This document shows, piece after piece, positions 33,334 through 43,683 of a stretch of 64,000 nucleotides of DNA. Origin of the DNA: an uncultured Verrucomicrobiae bacterium (lineage in GTDB: Bacteria > Verrucomicrobiota > Verrucomicrobiia > Chthoniobacterales > UBA10450); assembly GCA_963735805.1 (NCBI GenBank), contig CAVTMK010000002.1:224001-288000 (forward strand). The letters are read 5' to 3'. Under the pieces are notes generated by a model. The model was given only the letters and a program-made list of their open reading frames with translations, was not told where the DNA came from and made no database searches. Within the stretch, counting starts at the first letter, position 1, and every line of letters begins with the position of its first letter. The translations under genes were made by a program, and so were the position numbers.

Positions 33334-34251
33334 ATGGAGATTCATCAGTTACGGTATTTTGTTGCGGTGGCGGACGAAGGAAGTTTTTCGCGCGCAGCGG
33401 GCAAAGTCCGCGTTGCCCAGCCTTCGCTTAGTCAACAGATTCGAAAGCTCGAAGCGGAGGTTGGCCAACCGTTGTTCGACCGTTTGCCGCGTTCAGTTGT
33501 GTTGACTGAAGCCGGCCGTTGTTTGATCGATTATGCGCGGCAAATCCTGGCCTCGATCGGGGATGCCCGACGTTGCGTGGACGAGCTCAAAGGTGAGGTT
33601 GCAGGTAAAGTGGCGGTGGGAGCAATTCCCACGATCGCGCCATATGTCCTTCCCGAATTGGTTGTGACGTTCCAGAAACATTATCCCGACGTGCAGCTGG
33701 AGATCGTGGAAGACGTCACTGACGGCATTACTCAACGAATTGAAGCCGGAGAACTGGATGTTGCATTAGCATCCACTTGCCGGCCGAGTCCAACTCTGCG
33801 GCGCGAGTTTCTGGGCAACGAACCGTTGCTTCTATTGGTCCCGGAGGGGCATCCGTTGGCAAAAAAATCCCTGATAGAATTTGACGACCTCAAATCGCAG
33901 AGATTTTTACTGCTCCACGAAATGCATTGCCTGTCGCAGCAGGTGAATCACCTGCTAGAATCCCGTCGGCTCCGGCCGCAGGTCGCGCTGGCGGGCAGCC
34001 AGCTTAGCACGATCGCGAACATGGTGGCGGCATCGATTGGTATTTCAATTGTGCCGCAAATGATGGTGAAACATCACCCAACACCGGGATGTATCAGTGT
34101 GCCGTTCGCTCCGCCGGTCCCGGAACGCGAACTAAATCTTCTACGCAATCCACTTCGATTCCAGAGCAAAGCAGCCGCAGCGTTCCGTCAGGAAGCTGCA
34201 GCTGCCTTGTCAGCAAACCATTTGTTAATCAATCCTGTCGCGAAGGAGTGA
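33334..34251 (+). CDS. LysR-family transcriptional regulator (OxyR-like)
   Basis: HTH QPSLSQQIRKLE, IPTIAPYVLP, and HCL with a single conserved Cys. Confidence 0.93.
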   Translation: MEIHQLRYFVAVADEGSFSRAAGKVRVAQPSLSQQIRKLEAEVGQPLFDRLPRSVVLTEAGRCLIDYARQILASIGDARRCVDELKGEVAGKVAVGAIPTIAPYVLPELVVTFQKHYPDVQLEIVEDVTDGITQRIEAGELDVALASTCRPSPTLRREFLGNEPLLLLVPEGHPLAKKSLIEFDDLKSQRFLLLHEMHCLSQQVNHLLESRRLRPQVALAGSQLSTIANMVAASIGISIVPQMMVKHHPTPGCISVPFAPPVPERELNLLRNPLRFQSKAAAAFRQEAAAALSANHLLINPVAKE

Positions 34252-34256
34252 AGTTC

Positions 34257-34430
34257 TTATCTCATTCTCTCCAGCGCCGTCGCCACCATCGATAACATCG
34301 GCCAGACGGCGAGGATCATGATTATTCCAAACCCGGCGAGCTCCGGCAGATAATGCGGGTGCGCCCGGTGCACATATCGCGTCTCGACGAATCGCGCAAT
34401 GCGTTGTCCCAAAGGCATTCTAGTTTCCAT
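34257..34430 (-). CDS. Small membrane protein (57 aa)
   Basis: AGGAGA RBS before METRMPLG; C-terminal TM segment. Confidence 0.6.
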   Translation of the reverse strand: METRMPLGQRIARFVETRYVHRAHPHYLPELAGFGIIMILAVWPMLSMVATALERMR

Positions 34431-34732
34431 TTTGTCTCCTCTATTGTTGTTTTGTTGCTTGATGAAATTCACAGGCTCAAGTCCGCGCCGGTCTCTATTC
34501 AGGGACACCGAGAACGTTGAAGTTCTTAACGGCGCGTTGTTTATGGCCCAGAACGCGGCCGAGCGAGTCAGCCGATTACGCTCCACGAACGGTTGTTTTC
34601 CCTGGTTGTTCTCATCCCTAAACCTGAACCGTTCATACAATCAACTGGCCACATCCCGGTGGCGGGTTGAAATACTTTATACGTCTAGCCGCGATAGGAT
34701 TTGCCTATAGACGCGGAATTTTGAAGGAAGAA

Positions 34733-35191
34733 TTAAGAAGAAGTGTCGAGCATTGTGTCGCGGCACTTTGAGCTGCCGCAGTGGCACGCGTATTTCTTTT
34801 TTGTTTCTTCAGTGATCGGTTCGTCGATCTCCAGCGCGTAATCGTAAAAGAGTTCCTCACCTGGCAGGATATCGCGCAGCGCATCGATGAATATGCGGTC
34901 GTCTTCCTCGGCGGCTTCGCAGTTTGGATCGCAGGAGTGGTTGATCCAGCGCGCGTCGTTGCCACCGATCTTTGGGTTGATTACCTGACCGTTATCCAGC
35001 CCAAAATTGAATGTATGAGGATCGTTCTCGTCGTTGGGAGCGGCTTCCCAGGAGGTGCGTTCCCCGGTGTATTCGATAATGCGAGTTCCTTGAGGAATGA
35101 ACTGCATGGCATAAACGCCGCGACCGTGCACGCCGGACTTGCGGACCTCGAGCCGTGCGGCTCGCTTTCGAGTTTTATGTTTCTTCGCCAC
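34733..35191 (-). CDS. SET-domain protein-lysine methyltransferase with post-SET cysteines
   Basis: HGRGVYA, RWINHSCDPNC, GEELFYDY, CHCGSSKCR. GTG start assumed. Confidence 0.92.
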   Translation of the reverse strand: MAKKHKTRKRAARLEVRKSGVHGRGVYAMQFIPQGTRIIEYTGERTSWEAAPNDENDPHTFNFGLDNGQVINPKIGGNDARWINHSCDPNCEAAEEDDRIFIDALRDILPGEELFYDYALEIDEPITEETKKKYACHCGSSKCRDTMLDTSS

Positions 35192-35329
35192 GGAGGAAGG
35201 AAAGAGTGGGAGGAACAATTAAGAATTAGTCAAAGGAATGGCGAGAGGAAAAAGCAGGAAGCGAAAATCAACAAGGGGAAACGGAAGAATGGGAAGGAAA
35301 ATAAGGAAGGATGAATTAAATAGGGGAGA

Positions 35330-35857
35330 ATGAAACCGGAAGAACGCACGCGCATTGAATCGATCAACACAGTTTTGCGATCCGAGGCTATTCGCTCCCA
35401 AATTCGCCCGGTTGTCGAACGCGTCCGGGCGGAGCTGGCCCGGAAGAAAGGTGCTTTAATGACGTGGGAATCGGTTTCGTTGACTGTTTTCGGCGGCGCG
35501 TTGCCGGCTGAGATCCAATCTGCCTGGGTATTTGTTTTGCGAGCGGGCGCAGACACAGGCGCGGAACGCCATCCGAACAGTCACCAGCGTATGATGTCGT
35601 TTGAAGGAAGTGGCGATATGAAAACTAGAGGCCAGGGACAGTGGCAATCGAACATGTTGATCAGTGACAATGAGGCGCCGCTGGAGCAACGTTGGATCTC
35701 AATTCCTCAGAACGTCTGGCATCGGCCCGTAGTCGGCACGGACGATTGGGTGGTGGTTTCGTTTCACACTGTTCCGGCCGGGGAACTGATTGAAGAAAAG
35801 CCGGATGACAGCGGGAAGGATGGAACGAAGCAGAAGAAATATTTGGAGCCGGAATAA
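35330..35857 (+). CDS. Cupin-like hypothetical protein
   Basis: ERHPNSHQR and ISIPQNVWHRP motifs; GGGGAG RBS. Confidence 0.75.
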   Translation: MKPEERTRIESINTVLRSEAIRSQIRPVVERVRAELARKKGALMTWESVSLTVFGGALPAEIQSAWVFVLRAGADTGAERHPNSHQRMMSFEGSGDMKTRGQGQWQSNMLISDNEAPLEQRWISIPQNVWHRPVVGTDDWVVVSFHTVPAGELIEEKPDDSGKDGTKQKKYLEPE

Positions 35858-35877
35858 AAGGCGAGGACGGACGACGT

Positions 35878-36300
35878 ATGAAGCAATTTCTGATTATTGC
35901 ATTAACAGCTATCACTGCCTCGAGCTCGGTGCAGGCATATCTCGGGGACAGCTCGGACAGAATTGACGACTTGTATGGTAATCTGATCCAGCGGCGTTTG
36001 CGCGATGATGGAACTGTCAGCGTGCTCTATCACAAGGATCAATATCTCTACCTTGTGATTTTTGCCGACGACCGGAGCATTTCGGAAAGCTATTCCCGTA
36101 TGAATGGCAAGGACCTGTCTGAAAAAGAGATCGCAAAATTTCTGAAAGGAAACGCCGTCGGTGCGACCTGGATTCCTGCCAACACGTCGAAAGGACGGCG
36201 CTTCAAAAGAAGTGACGATAGAGCGGAGGCGACGTACGGAGTCACGGACGGACACCGGGCTCTGACAGTGCGGGAAGTTCGCCGGCGTGGTGATCGGTGA
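35878..36300 (+). CDS. Secreted hypothetical protein
   Basis: Signal peptide MKQFLIIALTAITASSSVQA. Confidence 0.7.
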   Translation: MKQFLIIALTAITASSSVQAYLGDSSDRIDDLYGNLIQRRLRDDGTVSVLYHKDQYLYLVIFADDRSISESYSRMNGKDLSEKEIAKFLKGNAVGATWIPANTSKGRRFKRSDDRAEATYGVTDGHRALTVREVRRRGDR

Positions 36301-36385
36301 TTTGTCGCGTCCCGGCACTCGTGAAAAAAGATCGCTTTCGCTTTGACCAGCGTGTTAGCCTCTGAGGCCAAACTAAAACAAGCCT

Positions 36386-36643
36386 ATGTTAAACATCATT
36401 TGGTACATTATTGTCGGCTTCATCATCGGGTTAATCGCACGCGGCATCATGCCGGGCGTACAACATCTCGGTTTCATAATGACAACTGTGCTGGGCATCG
36501 TCGGCTCCATCGTTGGCGGATTGATCGCCCGTCTGTTTTCCAAACCCGAACCAGGCGCCGCGTTTCATCCAGCGGGATTCATCCTCTCGATCATCGGCGC
36601 AATCATTGTGCTGTTTATTTGGGGGAAATTGGCGCCGGCCTAA
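36386..36643 (+). CDS. GlsB/YeaQ/YmgE (transglycosylase-associated) membrane protein
   Basis: IIVGFIIGLIARGIMPG...LGIVGSIVGG...SIIGAIIVL. Confidence 0.9.
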   Translation: MLNIIWYIIVGFIIGLIARGIMPGVQHLGFIMTTVLGIVGSIVGGLIARLFSKPEPGAAFHPAGFILSIIGAIIVLFIWGKLAPA

Positions 36644-36726
36644 CGAAAGCAAACGACAGCGATTTCGTATTGCTGGCCTTTAAAGTACCAATTTTGGTAC
36701 CTTAAAACGTCCCACTTATCTTCCGT

Positions 36727-37308
36727 TCAGACGCTTGCCGGGTGTTTTCGCAGTACCAGCGCGGCGACGATTCCCACGCAAAGAAATCCGATGACTGTGA
36801 TGAACATGTAACTGGCAACGTACACACCGGGGAAGCCATACCAGTTCCAGTAGGAAACGTTTGTTGCGATAGCGGCTAAAATTCCGACAACGAAAACGAA
36901 GCCAACTCGGCCCGCGAAACTCCCGATGTGCGTCTGGGCGAGCAGGAACACGGCCAAAATCGCCTCTAGTAATTCGGTGCCGAATTCAATTCCCATCAAT
37001 TTGCCCAAGTTAAACGGCCGAGTGGAATGATACATCAAAATCCCGGACGGCCCGGTGCTGGCTTTCGCTGCCGATTGTTTCATTGCTTCATTTTTCTCCT
37101 GACGGGTTGCGTTTTTGCCAACACCTAGACCGGGAAAAATGTAAAGACCGGTCTGGTCCCCGATGTTGCTTTGCATCGCGCTGAGCACGGCTGATTCATT
37201 TGGAATTTCGTCGACACCGGCTTCGCCCAGAGGCAGGAACATGTGCGCGATCGAAGTCCAGACGAACATGACAATTCCACCAAGAATTCCAGCGAGAAGA
37301 ATTTTCAT
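36727..37308 (-). CDS. Conserved hypothetical membrane protein
   Basis: Four TM segments, GLYIFPG and YWNWYGFP motifs. Confidence 0.75.
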   Translation of the reverse strand: MKILLAGILGGIVMFVWTSIAHMFLPLGEAGVDEIPNESAVLSAMQSNIGDQTGLYIFPGLGVGKNATRQEKNEAMKQSAAKASTGPSGILMYHSTRPFNLGKLMGIEFGTELLEAILAVFLLAQTHIGSFAGRVGFVFVVGILAAIATNVSYWNWYGFPGVYVASYMFITVIGFLCVGIVAALVLRKHPASV

Positions 37309-37530
37309 GGGCGGAATAATGGCGGGTCGGGGAGGAATTTTGAAGAGAAATTTGGAATCAAGAAAACCGAGTTGATTTAAGTCAGAACGAAGAATGTTCT
37401 GGCCCGTAATTGCAGAGCTGGCCGGCTATGATTTCGAGAAAACCTGTGCATCCGATTGATACCGGAGTTTGACTCGACTGCAGTCTCTCGTAAAGTTCGC
37501 AGCTCTCCCGCGCGGGAGAGATTTTCCCCA

Positions 37531-39342
37531 ATGGATAAAATTCGTAATATCGCCATCATTGCGCACGTCGATCATGGCAAGACGACTCTGGTCGATCAGT
37601 TGTTGCGCCAATCGGGCACGTTTCGCTCCAATCAAAAGATTGAAGAGCGCATGATGGATTCGATGGATCTCGAGCGCGAAAAAGGAATTACAATTCGCGC
37701 GAAGAATGCAGCTTTTCTGTGGAACGGTTATCGGATCAATATCGTCGATACACCCGGTCACGCGGATTTTGGCGGCGAAGTCGAGCGGATCATGAAAATG
37801 GTGGACGGCGTGCTGCTGGTTGTGGATGCGCACGATGGGCCGCAGGCGCAAACGCGTTTTGTTTTGCGAAAGGCGATGGAGAACAAACTGCAGCCGGTTG
37901 TTGTCATTAACAAGGTGGACAGGGAAAACGCGCGTCCACACAAAGTCCTGGACGAGATTTTCGATCTCTTTGTCGAGCTGAAAGCGACTGACGCGCAGCT
38001 CGATTTCCCAATCATCTACGCCAGTGCAAAGGACGGTTTTGCCATGCGCGAACTGCACGAAAGCAGCGAAAACATGACGCCGCTTTTCCAAGCGATTGTG
38101 CAACATGTGCCGCCGCCAAAAATTTCGAGCGAGCCATTCTTTCAAATGCTCGTGTCGAATCTTGATTACAGTGATTATTTGGGAAGAATTGCACTCGGGC
38201 GCATCGTCAGCGGTCGCGTTGCAGTCGGAGACTCCATCGTCTGCATTCACCGCGATGGCCATCACGAGCGGGCTACCGTCACGGCGCTTTTTACCTATTC
38301 GGGACTGGAACAGGTGGAAATAAAACACGCGGCCGCCGGCGACATCGTCGGACTGGCCGGTTTCGAGGAAGTTTATATCGGCGAAACCCTCGCAGACCGC
38401 GAAGAACGGACGCCTCTTCAATTTGTAGATATCGATCCGCCTACGATTCGCATGCACGTTCGGGTCAACGATTCGCCTTTCGCCGGGCGTGAGGGGAAAT
38501 TTGTGACCGCCCGGAATATTCGCGAGCGCCTTATTCGCGAGACGCGTGGCAACGTCTCGCTTCAGGTCAACGATACGGAAACCGCAGGGTCATTTGAAAT
38601 CAACGCGCGCGGCGAAATGCAGATCGCGATCTTGATTGAGCAAATGCGACGCGAAGGTTTTGAAGTGATGGTCTCACGTCCCGAAGTGATTTTCCATCGG
38701 GCAGAGAATGGCACGCTGCTCGAGCCCCTGGAAAATCTTTATGTCGATCTACCGAACGAAAATCTCGGTGACATTTTGCAATTGGTTGCCAATCGCAAAG
38801 GTGAGGTTGTGGGCATGGATCATCACGCAACACGCGTGTCGGTGGAGGCGATTATTCCGACTCGCGGCCTGATCGGCTTTGAAACCGATCTCGTCAACCT
38901 GACTCGGGGCGAAGGATTAATGAGTCATCTCTTTCGCGAATACGCGCCGTTCAAAGGCGAGCTCGAAGGACGCGATCGTGGTGTGATGGTGTCGATGGAA
39001 TCGGGAGTCAGCACGGCTTACGCGCTTAACAACATTCAGGAACGCGGGCGGCTTTTCATCGGTCCACAGGAGGACGTTTACGAAGGGATGATCGTCGGCG
39101 AAAACGCGCGCCCGGAAGATTTGCCAGTCAATCCCTGTAAAGCAAAACATCTCACCAATATGCGTTCGCAAGGTGAAGGGAAAGGCATCCAACTCGAAGC
39201 TCCGCTTCGCATGAGCCTGGAACGCGCGATTGAATACATCGACATCGACGAATACGTGGAAGCGACGCCGAAATCGCTCCGACTGCGCAAACATATCCTG
39301 GACGCGACCGCACGGAAACGCGCGGCCGTGGTAGCGGCCTAA
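37531..39342 (+). CDS. typA: Translational GTPase TypA/BipA
   Basis: AHVDHGKTT, EKGITI, DTPGHADFGGEVER, NKVD, RGEMQI, KHLTNMRS. Confidence 0.97.
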   Translation: MDKIRNIAIIAHVDHGKTTLVDQLLRQSGTFRSNQKIEERMMDSMDLEREKGITIRAKNAAFLWNGYRINIVDTPGHADFGGEVERIMKMVDGVLLVVDAHDGPQAQTRFVLRKAMENKLQPVVVINKVDRENARPHKVLDEIFDLFVELKATDAQLDFPIIYASAKDGFAMRELHESSENMTPLFQAIVQHVPPPKISSEPFFQMLVSNLDYSDYLGRIALGRIVSGRVAVGDSIVCIHRDGHHERATVTALFTYSGLEQVEIKHAAAGDIVGLAGFEEVYIGETLADREERTPLQFVDIDPPTIRMHVRVNDSPFAGREGKFVTARNIRERLIRETRGNVSLQVNDTETAGSFEINARGEMQIAILIEQMRREGFEVMVSRPEVIFHRAENGTLLEPLENLYVDLPNENLGDILQLVANRKGEVVGMDHHATRVSVEAIIPTRGLIGFETDLVNLTRGEGLMSHLFREYAPFKGELEGRDRGVMVSMESGVSTAYALNNIQERGRLFIGPQEDVYEGMIVGENARPEDLPVNPCKAKHLTNMRSQGEGKGIQLEAPLRMSLERAIEYIDIDEYVEATPKSLRLRKHILDATARKRAAVVAA

Positions 39343-39590
39343 ATCGGCGGCATTAGCGACAGTTTTCAGTCTCTCGCATTGCTCGCGGGGACGACTGGTC
39401 GTTTTCATTTTCAATTCCTTTCAATTTTTGGAAACAGGTGGAGCGCTCGGTGCTAATTACGAACATTACGAAAATGTAATTCGAAAGTCATTGACACTGT
39501 GGCTTTTACTTTGGCACTCTCGCGTTGCCTTTGTCGCCACTCTCACTCCCGGCACTCGGCAAAACTTCAACTGCTATATCTCCACATCAC

Positions 39591-42500
39591 ATGAAAATTA
39601 CACGTTGGTTTGTGCGCAATCGTCTTCAATCGCACCTGCGCTTCGCAACTGCGATAGTGCTTATGTCCGCAGCGGCCGCCATGGCGTTCGTCGCGATGAA
39701 ACCGTCGGGCCCGTTATGGGCGAAATCAGACAGTAAAAACGCGATCAATAAAAATCGCGTTGCGTTATTTCGAAACAAATTGGCCATGCCTGGCCCCGAA
39801 CGAGAAGCCGGGCCCATGGCTGCAGCCGAGGAAGATTATGCGAATCGGGCTGGCCCCGCTCCATATGTGCCGTTCGAATTGACGCGAAAGGCACAACGGG
39901 CTTGGAGTAATGTCAGGGCGAGGGCCGCGAATGCAGTGACAACTACCCGATTAGGGCCCCTGCTGCGGCCGGCGCCGGCGCAGTGGACGCTCGTCGGTCC
40001 GAGTTCGGCAAATAATCCGGACGTGTTGACCTTTAGCGGAGCTCCCTACACGACATCTGGTCGAATTACTGCGTTTGCTCTCGCACCGAACTGCGGCCAG
40101 GGCCTTTGCTATCTCTACCTCGGCGCAGCTGGCGGAGGTGTTTGGAGAACAAAACACGCTCTGCACACAAATCCTTCACAGCAGTGGGAATTCATTTCCG
40201 GTAGCTTTGCAACGAATGCTATCGGCACGTTGACTATCGATCCAACCGATCCGTCGGGGAACACGATTTACGCTGGAACCGGCGAGCCTAACGCGTCTGC
40301 CGATTCGGAAGCTGGTTTCGGAATTTACAAGTCAATCAACGGGGGCGACACGTGGACGCATCTTGCAGCGCACACTGATGTGCCGCAGGGGGCAGGCGTT
40401 GATTGCACGGCGGTGCTCGGTACCGGCGGCTTTCAGACAGCACCCGCGTATAGCGGTCCCGCTTTTGATGGGCGAGCCATCTCGTCGATCGTTATCGATC
40501 CGAACCATTCGAATACCATTTACGTCGGTTCCACCCGTGCTGTGCGCGGAGTCAGTTCCGTCTCAAGTGGTGGGGCCGTAAGCCTTGCTCCCGGTCTGCC
40601 GCCGTACGGATTGTGGAAATCGACCGACGGCGGGGCAAACTTCACGTTGATGAATTATCAGGACGTTTGCTTGAACATACTCCCGGGCAATGCAGGAGTT
40701 GTGCAGGCGAGCTTTGGTTCAACGCGTGGGGTGCATGCTGCCGCGCTTGACCCCAGCAATTCAAATATCGTCTACGCTGCCCCGTTCCCTCAAAACAACG
40801 CGCTGCCGCTCAACACCAAAGGCGGGGTGTGGCGCTCGAGCGATAACGGCTCCAATTGGACGCAGATCAAGAACGCGTTGAACGCCACGCTAAACACTGA
40901 TCGAGCGTCGTTCGCCGTTACGCCGATTGCCGGCGGATTTACGCGAATGTACGTGGGCGTAGGGAATTCCAGCGTGGCTGCGGTGAATCAGGCGCGTCTA
41001 TATCGCACGGACGATGCAGTGACAGCGACCGACGGTAGTTTCACGGATCTGACAGCGGTGCAACAGGCGTCAACGGCGCCAAATCAAACGTTAAACTATT
41101 GCGGCGACCCAGCTGCCGGCGCGCAATGCTGGTACGACAATGTTGTTTATTCACCGCCTGGAAAACCCGATGTCGTTTATCTGGGTGGTTCCTTTAACTA
41201 CAGTCAGTACGGCTTCAGGAACAATGGTCGCGCGTTTATCCGCTCAACGGACGCTGGCGCAACTTTCACCGATATGAGCTGGGATGCGACGACGAAGCCA
41301 ACACCACCAGGAACGTGTTGCCAGCCAAATCCAATTGCGCCAAACGGCATGCACCCAGACAGCCATGCAGTTATAGAGGTCCCCGGTACTGATATCGCCT
41401 TCTTCGGCGGTGATGGTGGAATTGTGCGTTCGAGCGGGAGCTTCGCGAACATTTCATCCCAGTGTACAGCCCGTGGATTGACCGGGACGAGCCTTGCGAC
41501 CTGCCAGCAAATGCTCTCGGCAGTTCCAACGCAGCTTTTAACAACGTACAACGACGGACTCTCAACGCTGCAATTTCAGAGCGTCTCGATTAATCCGGCA
41601 AACGCAAACAACCTGATGGGTGGCACGCAAGATAACGGTACATTTGAAAAACCGAGCAATTCGACGACTAACTGGCCGCAGGTAATCTACGGCGACGGTG
41701 GTCAGTCTGGCTTCAACGTGGGCAACACCGCGTTTCGGTTTAATTCGTTCACTTCGAACTTCCACGATGTGAACTTCCGGAATGGCGATCCAACCAAGTG
41801 GGTCATCGCGAGTGGCCCGATCGCGGCGAGTGGGGAAGGCGCGCAGTTTTATGCCCCCATCATCGCCGATCCTGTCAGCGCAGGGACGATCTTCCAAGGC
41901 TCTCTGAGTGTCTGGCGTACCCAGAATTGGGCTGGCAACCAGGCGTTTCTGGAAGCCAACTGCCCTGAGTTTACGACTTCGGGTGCGAATCCGGCCTGCG
42001 GCGACTTCGTCCAGATCGGGCCGATGGGCGCGACAGATCTAACGGCGAGCGCGGCAGATTATCGGGGTACTACGCTTGCTGGCGGAAATGTCGCGGCCGT
42101 CGCACGTGGTACTTCTGATTCGTCGACCTTATGGGCGGCGACGACGACAGGACGTGTTTTCATCTCGAAGAATGCAAACACAACGAACATCGGTGTTACC
42201 TATACGCGGCTCGATTCGCTGGCTACAAACAGCCCGCCTCGGTTCGTCAGCACTATCTTCGTCGATCCGGCAGATTCGAACCACGCGTGGATTTCATATT
42301 CGAGCTACAGTTCGCTGACTCCGGCGACGCCTGGTCACATCTTCTCGGTGCGGTACAATCCGGGCCCGGGCACAGCGACGTGGACAAATCTGGATGGATC
42401 GGGAGCAACAGCGTTCCCGGATTTCCCGGCGACGAGTGTCGCCTTTGATTCCGTCACCGGCGATCTGTATGCATCCAACGATTGGGGCGTCCTGAAGCGC

Positions 42501-42641
42501 GCGCATGGCTCGACCGATTGGGAGGTGGCAGCGGCTGGTCTTCCCATGGTCGAGGTCAACGGCATCGTGATAGCGACGAATGCGCGAAAGCTATATGCGG
42601 CTACACATGGGCGTAGCGCCTGGGTGTTAAATTTGCCGTAA
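39591..42641 (+). CDS. Large secreted BNR/Asp-box beta-propeller protein (VPS10/GH74-like)
   Basis: N-terminal hydrophobic segment; repeats SINGGDTW, STDGGANF, SSDNGSNW, STDAGATF; GGTQDNGT; ATHGRS. Confidence 0.85.
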   Translation: MKITRWFVRNRLQSHLRFATAIVLMSAAAAMAFVAMKPSGPLWAKSDSKNAINKNRVALFRNKLAMPGPEREAGPMAAAEEDYANRAGPAPYVPFELTRKAQRAWSNVRARAANAVTTTRLGPLLRPAPAQWTLVGPSSANNPDVLTFSGAPYTTSGRITAFALAPNCGQGLCYLYLGAAGGGVWRTKHALHTNPSQQWEFISGSFATNAIGTLTIDPTDPSGNTIYAGTGEPNASADSEAGFGIYKSINGGDTWTHLAAHTDVPQGAGVDCTAVLGTGGFQTAPAYSGPAFDGRAISSIVIDPNHSNTIYVGSTRAVRGVSSVSSGGAVSLAPGLPPYGLWKSTDGGANFTLMNYQDVCLNILPGNAGVVQASFGSTRGVHAAALDPSNSNIVYAAPFPQNNALPLNTKGGVWRSSDNGSNWTQIKNALNATLNTDRASFAVTPIAGGFTRMYVGVGNSSVAAVNQARLYRTDDAVTATDGSFTDLTAVQQASTAPNQTLNYCGDPAAGAQCWYDNVVYSPPGKPDVVYLGGSFNYSQYGFRNNGRAFIRSTDAGATFTDMSWDATTKPTPPGTCCQPNPIAPNGMHPDSHAVIEVPGTDIAFFGGDGGIVRSSGSFANISSQCTARGLTGTSLATCQQMLSAVPTQLLTTYNDGLSTLQFQSVSINPANANNLMGGTQDNGTFEKPSNSTTNWPQVIYGDGGQSGFNVGNTAFRFNSFTSNFHDVNFRNGDPTKWVIASGPIAASGEGAQFYAPIIADPVSAGTIFQGSLSVWRTQNWAGNQAFLEANCPEFTTSGANPACGDFVQIGPMGATDLTASAADYRGTTLAGGNVAAVARGTSDSSTLWAATTTGRVFISKNANTTNIGVTYTRLDSLATNSPPRFVSTIFVDPADSNHAWISYSSYSSLTPATPGHIFSVRYNPGPGTATWTNLDGSGATAFPDFPATSVAFDSVTGDLYASNDWGVLKRAHGSTDWEVAAAGLPMVEVNGIVIATNARKLYAATHGRSAWVLNLP

Positions 42642-42668
42642 GTCAGGGTTAAGTTCGGTTCGCAAGTT

Positions 42669-42704
42669 GGGCGGGATGGTGAAAGCCATCCCGCCCGTTT
42701 TTTT
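42669..42704 (+). terminator. Rho-independent terminator
   Basis: GGGCGGGATGG-TGAAAG-CCATCCCGCCC followed by G and T7. Confidence 0.9.
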
Positions 42705-42868
42705 CGCGCAATCTGTCCCAGGACAACAATGTTGTAGGTGATTGACAAGTTGTTACTGCTGGGATTAAATAATCCGCGCTAGTTTCCTTGCTCGCCAGCG
42801 ATTCACTCGGCGAAGTGTTGTTCGGAAATTTGCACGTTCAATCAGTAGTTGCATAACAATCCCCACCC

Positions 42869-43624
42869 ATGGCGGGACATAGTAAGTGGTCGAAGGTCAA
42901 GCGTTTCAAAGGCGCGATCGACGCGAAACGCGGCAAGATCTTCAGTAAGTTGTCTAAGGAGATCACCATCGCGGCAAAGCGAGGCGGAGGCGATCCCAAC
43001 GGCAATCTGCGTCTACGAAGCGCGATTCAGGCTGCACGCACGCAGAGCATGCCAAACGATAACATTGAACGCGCGATTAAACGCGGTACTGGCGAGGACA
43101 AGAATGGACAACAATTCGATGAGATCGTGTACGAAGGTTATGCGCCTGGCGGGGTTGCGATCATTGTCGAAACGGCAACCGATAATAAAAACCGCACCGG
43201 TGCGGAGATTCGAAGTATTTTCAGCCAGCATAATGGCAACCTTGCCTCGACAGGGAGCGTTTCGTACATGTTCCACAGGAAAGGCCAAATCACCGTTCCG
43301 CGATCGAGCATCGATGAGGATCGACTACTGGAGGTTGCCCTGGAAGCTGGCGCAGAAGAGTTGACAACCGACGATGATCAGTATGTTATCACTACTTCCC
43401 ACGATCAGCTATACGCGGTAGCTGAGGCGCTCAAAAATGCGGGCGTAACCACCGATGGGCAAAAGTTTACATTCATTCCCGATACGACTGTTGCTGTGCC
43501 CGACGAAGCCGCGGTACGTCAGGTACTCAGCTTGTGTGATGCGCTTGAGGACGACGACGACGTGCAAAACGTCTATTCAAACCTAGAAATTCCCGACGAA
43601 TTGCTGGCCAGATTGCCAGCCTGA
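42869..43624 (+). CDS. yebC: YebC/PmpR-family protein
   Basis: MAGHSKW, YEGYAPGG, TDNKNRT, DDDDVQNVYSN. Confidence 0.97.
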   Translation: MAGHSKWSKVKRFKGAIDAKRGKIFSKLSKEITIAAKRGGGDPNGNLRLRSAIQAARTQSMPNDNIERAIKRGTGEDKNGQQFDEIVYEGYAPGGVAIIVETATDNKNRTGAEIRSIFSQHNGNLASTGSVSYMFHRKGQITVPRSSIDEDRLLEVALEAGAEELTTDDDQYVITTSHDQLYAVAEALKNAGVTTDGQKFTFIPDTTVAVPDEAAVRQVLSLCDALEDDDDVQNVYSNLEIPDELLARLPA

Positions 43625-43683
43625 AAGACTATTGCTTGCAGGAGACGTGTTAAGGCGGTGCTGCGCCGCGAAGATTTTAGCTT

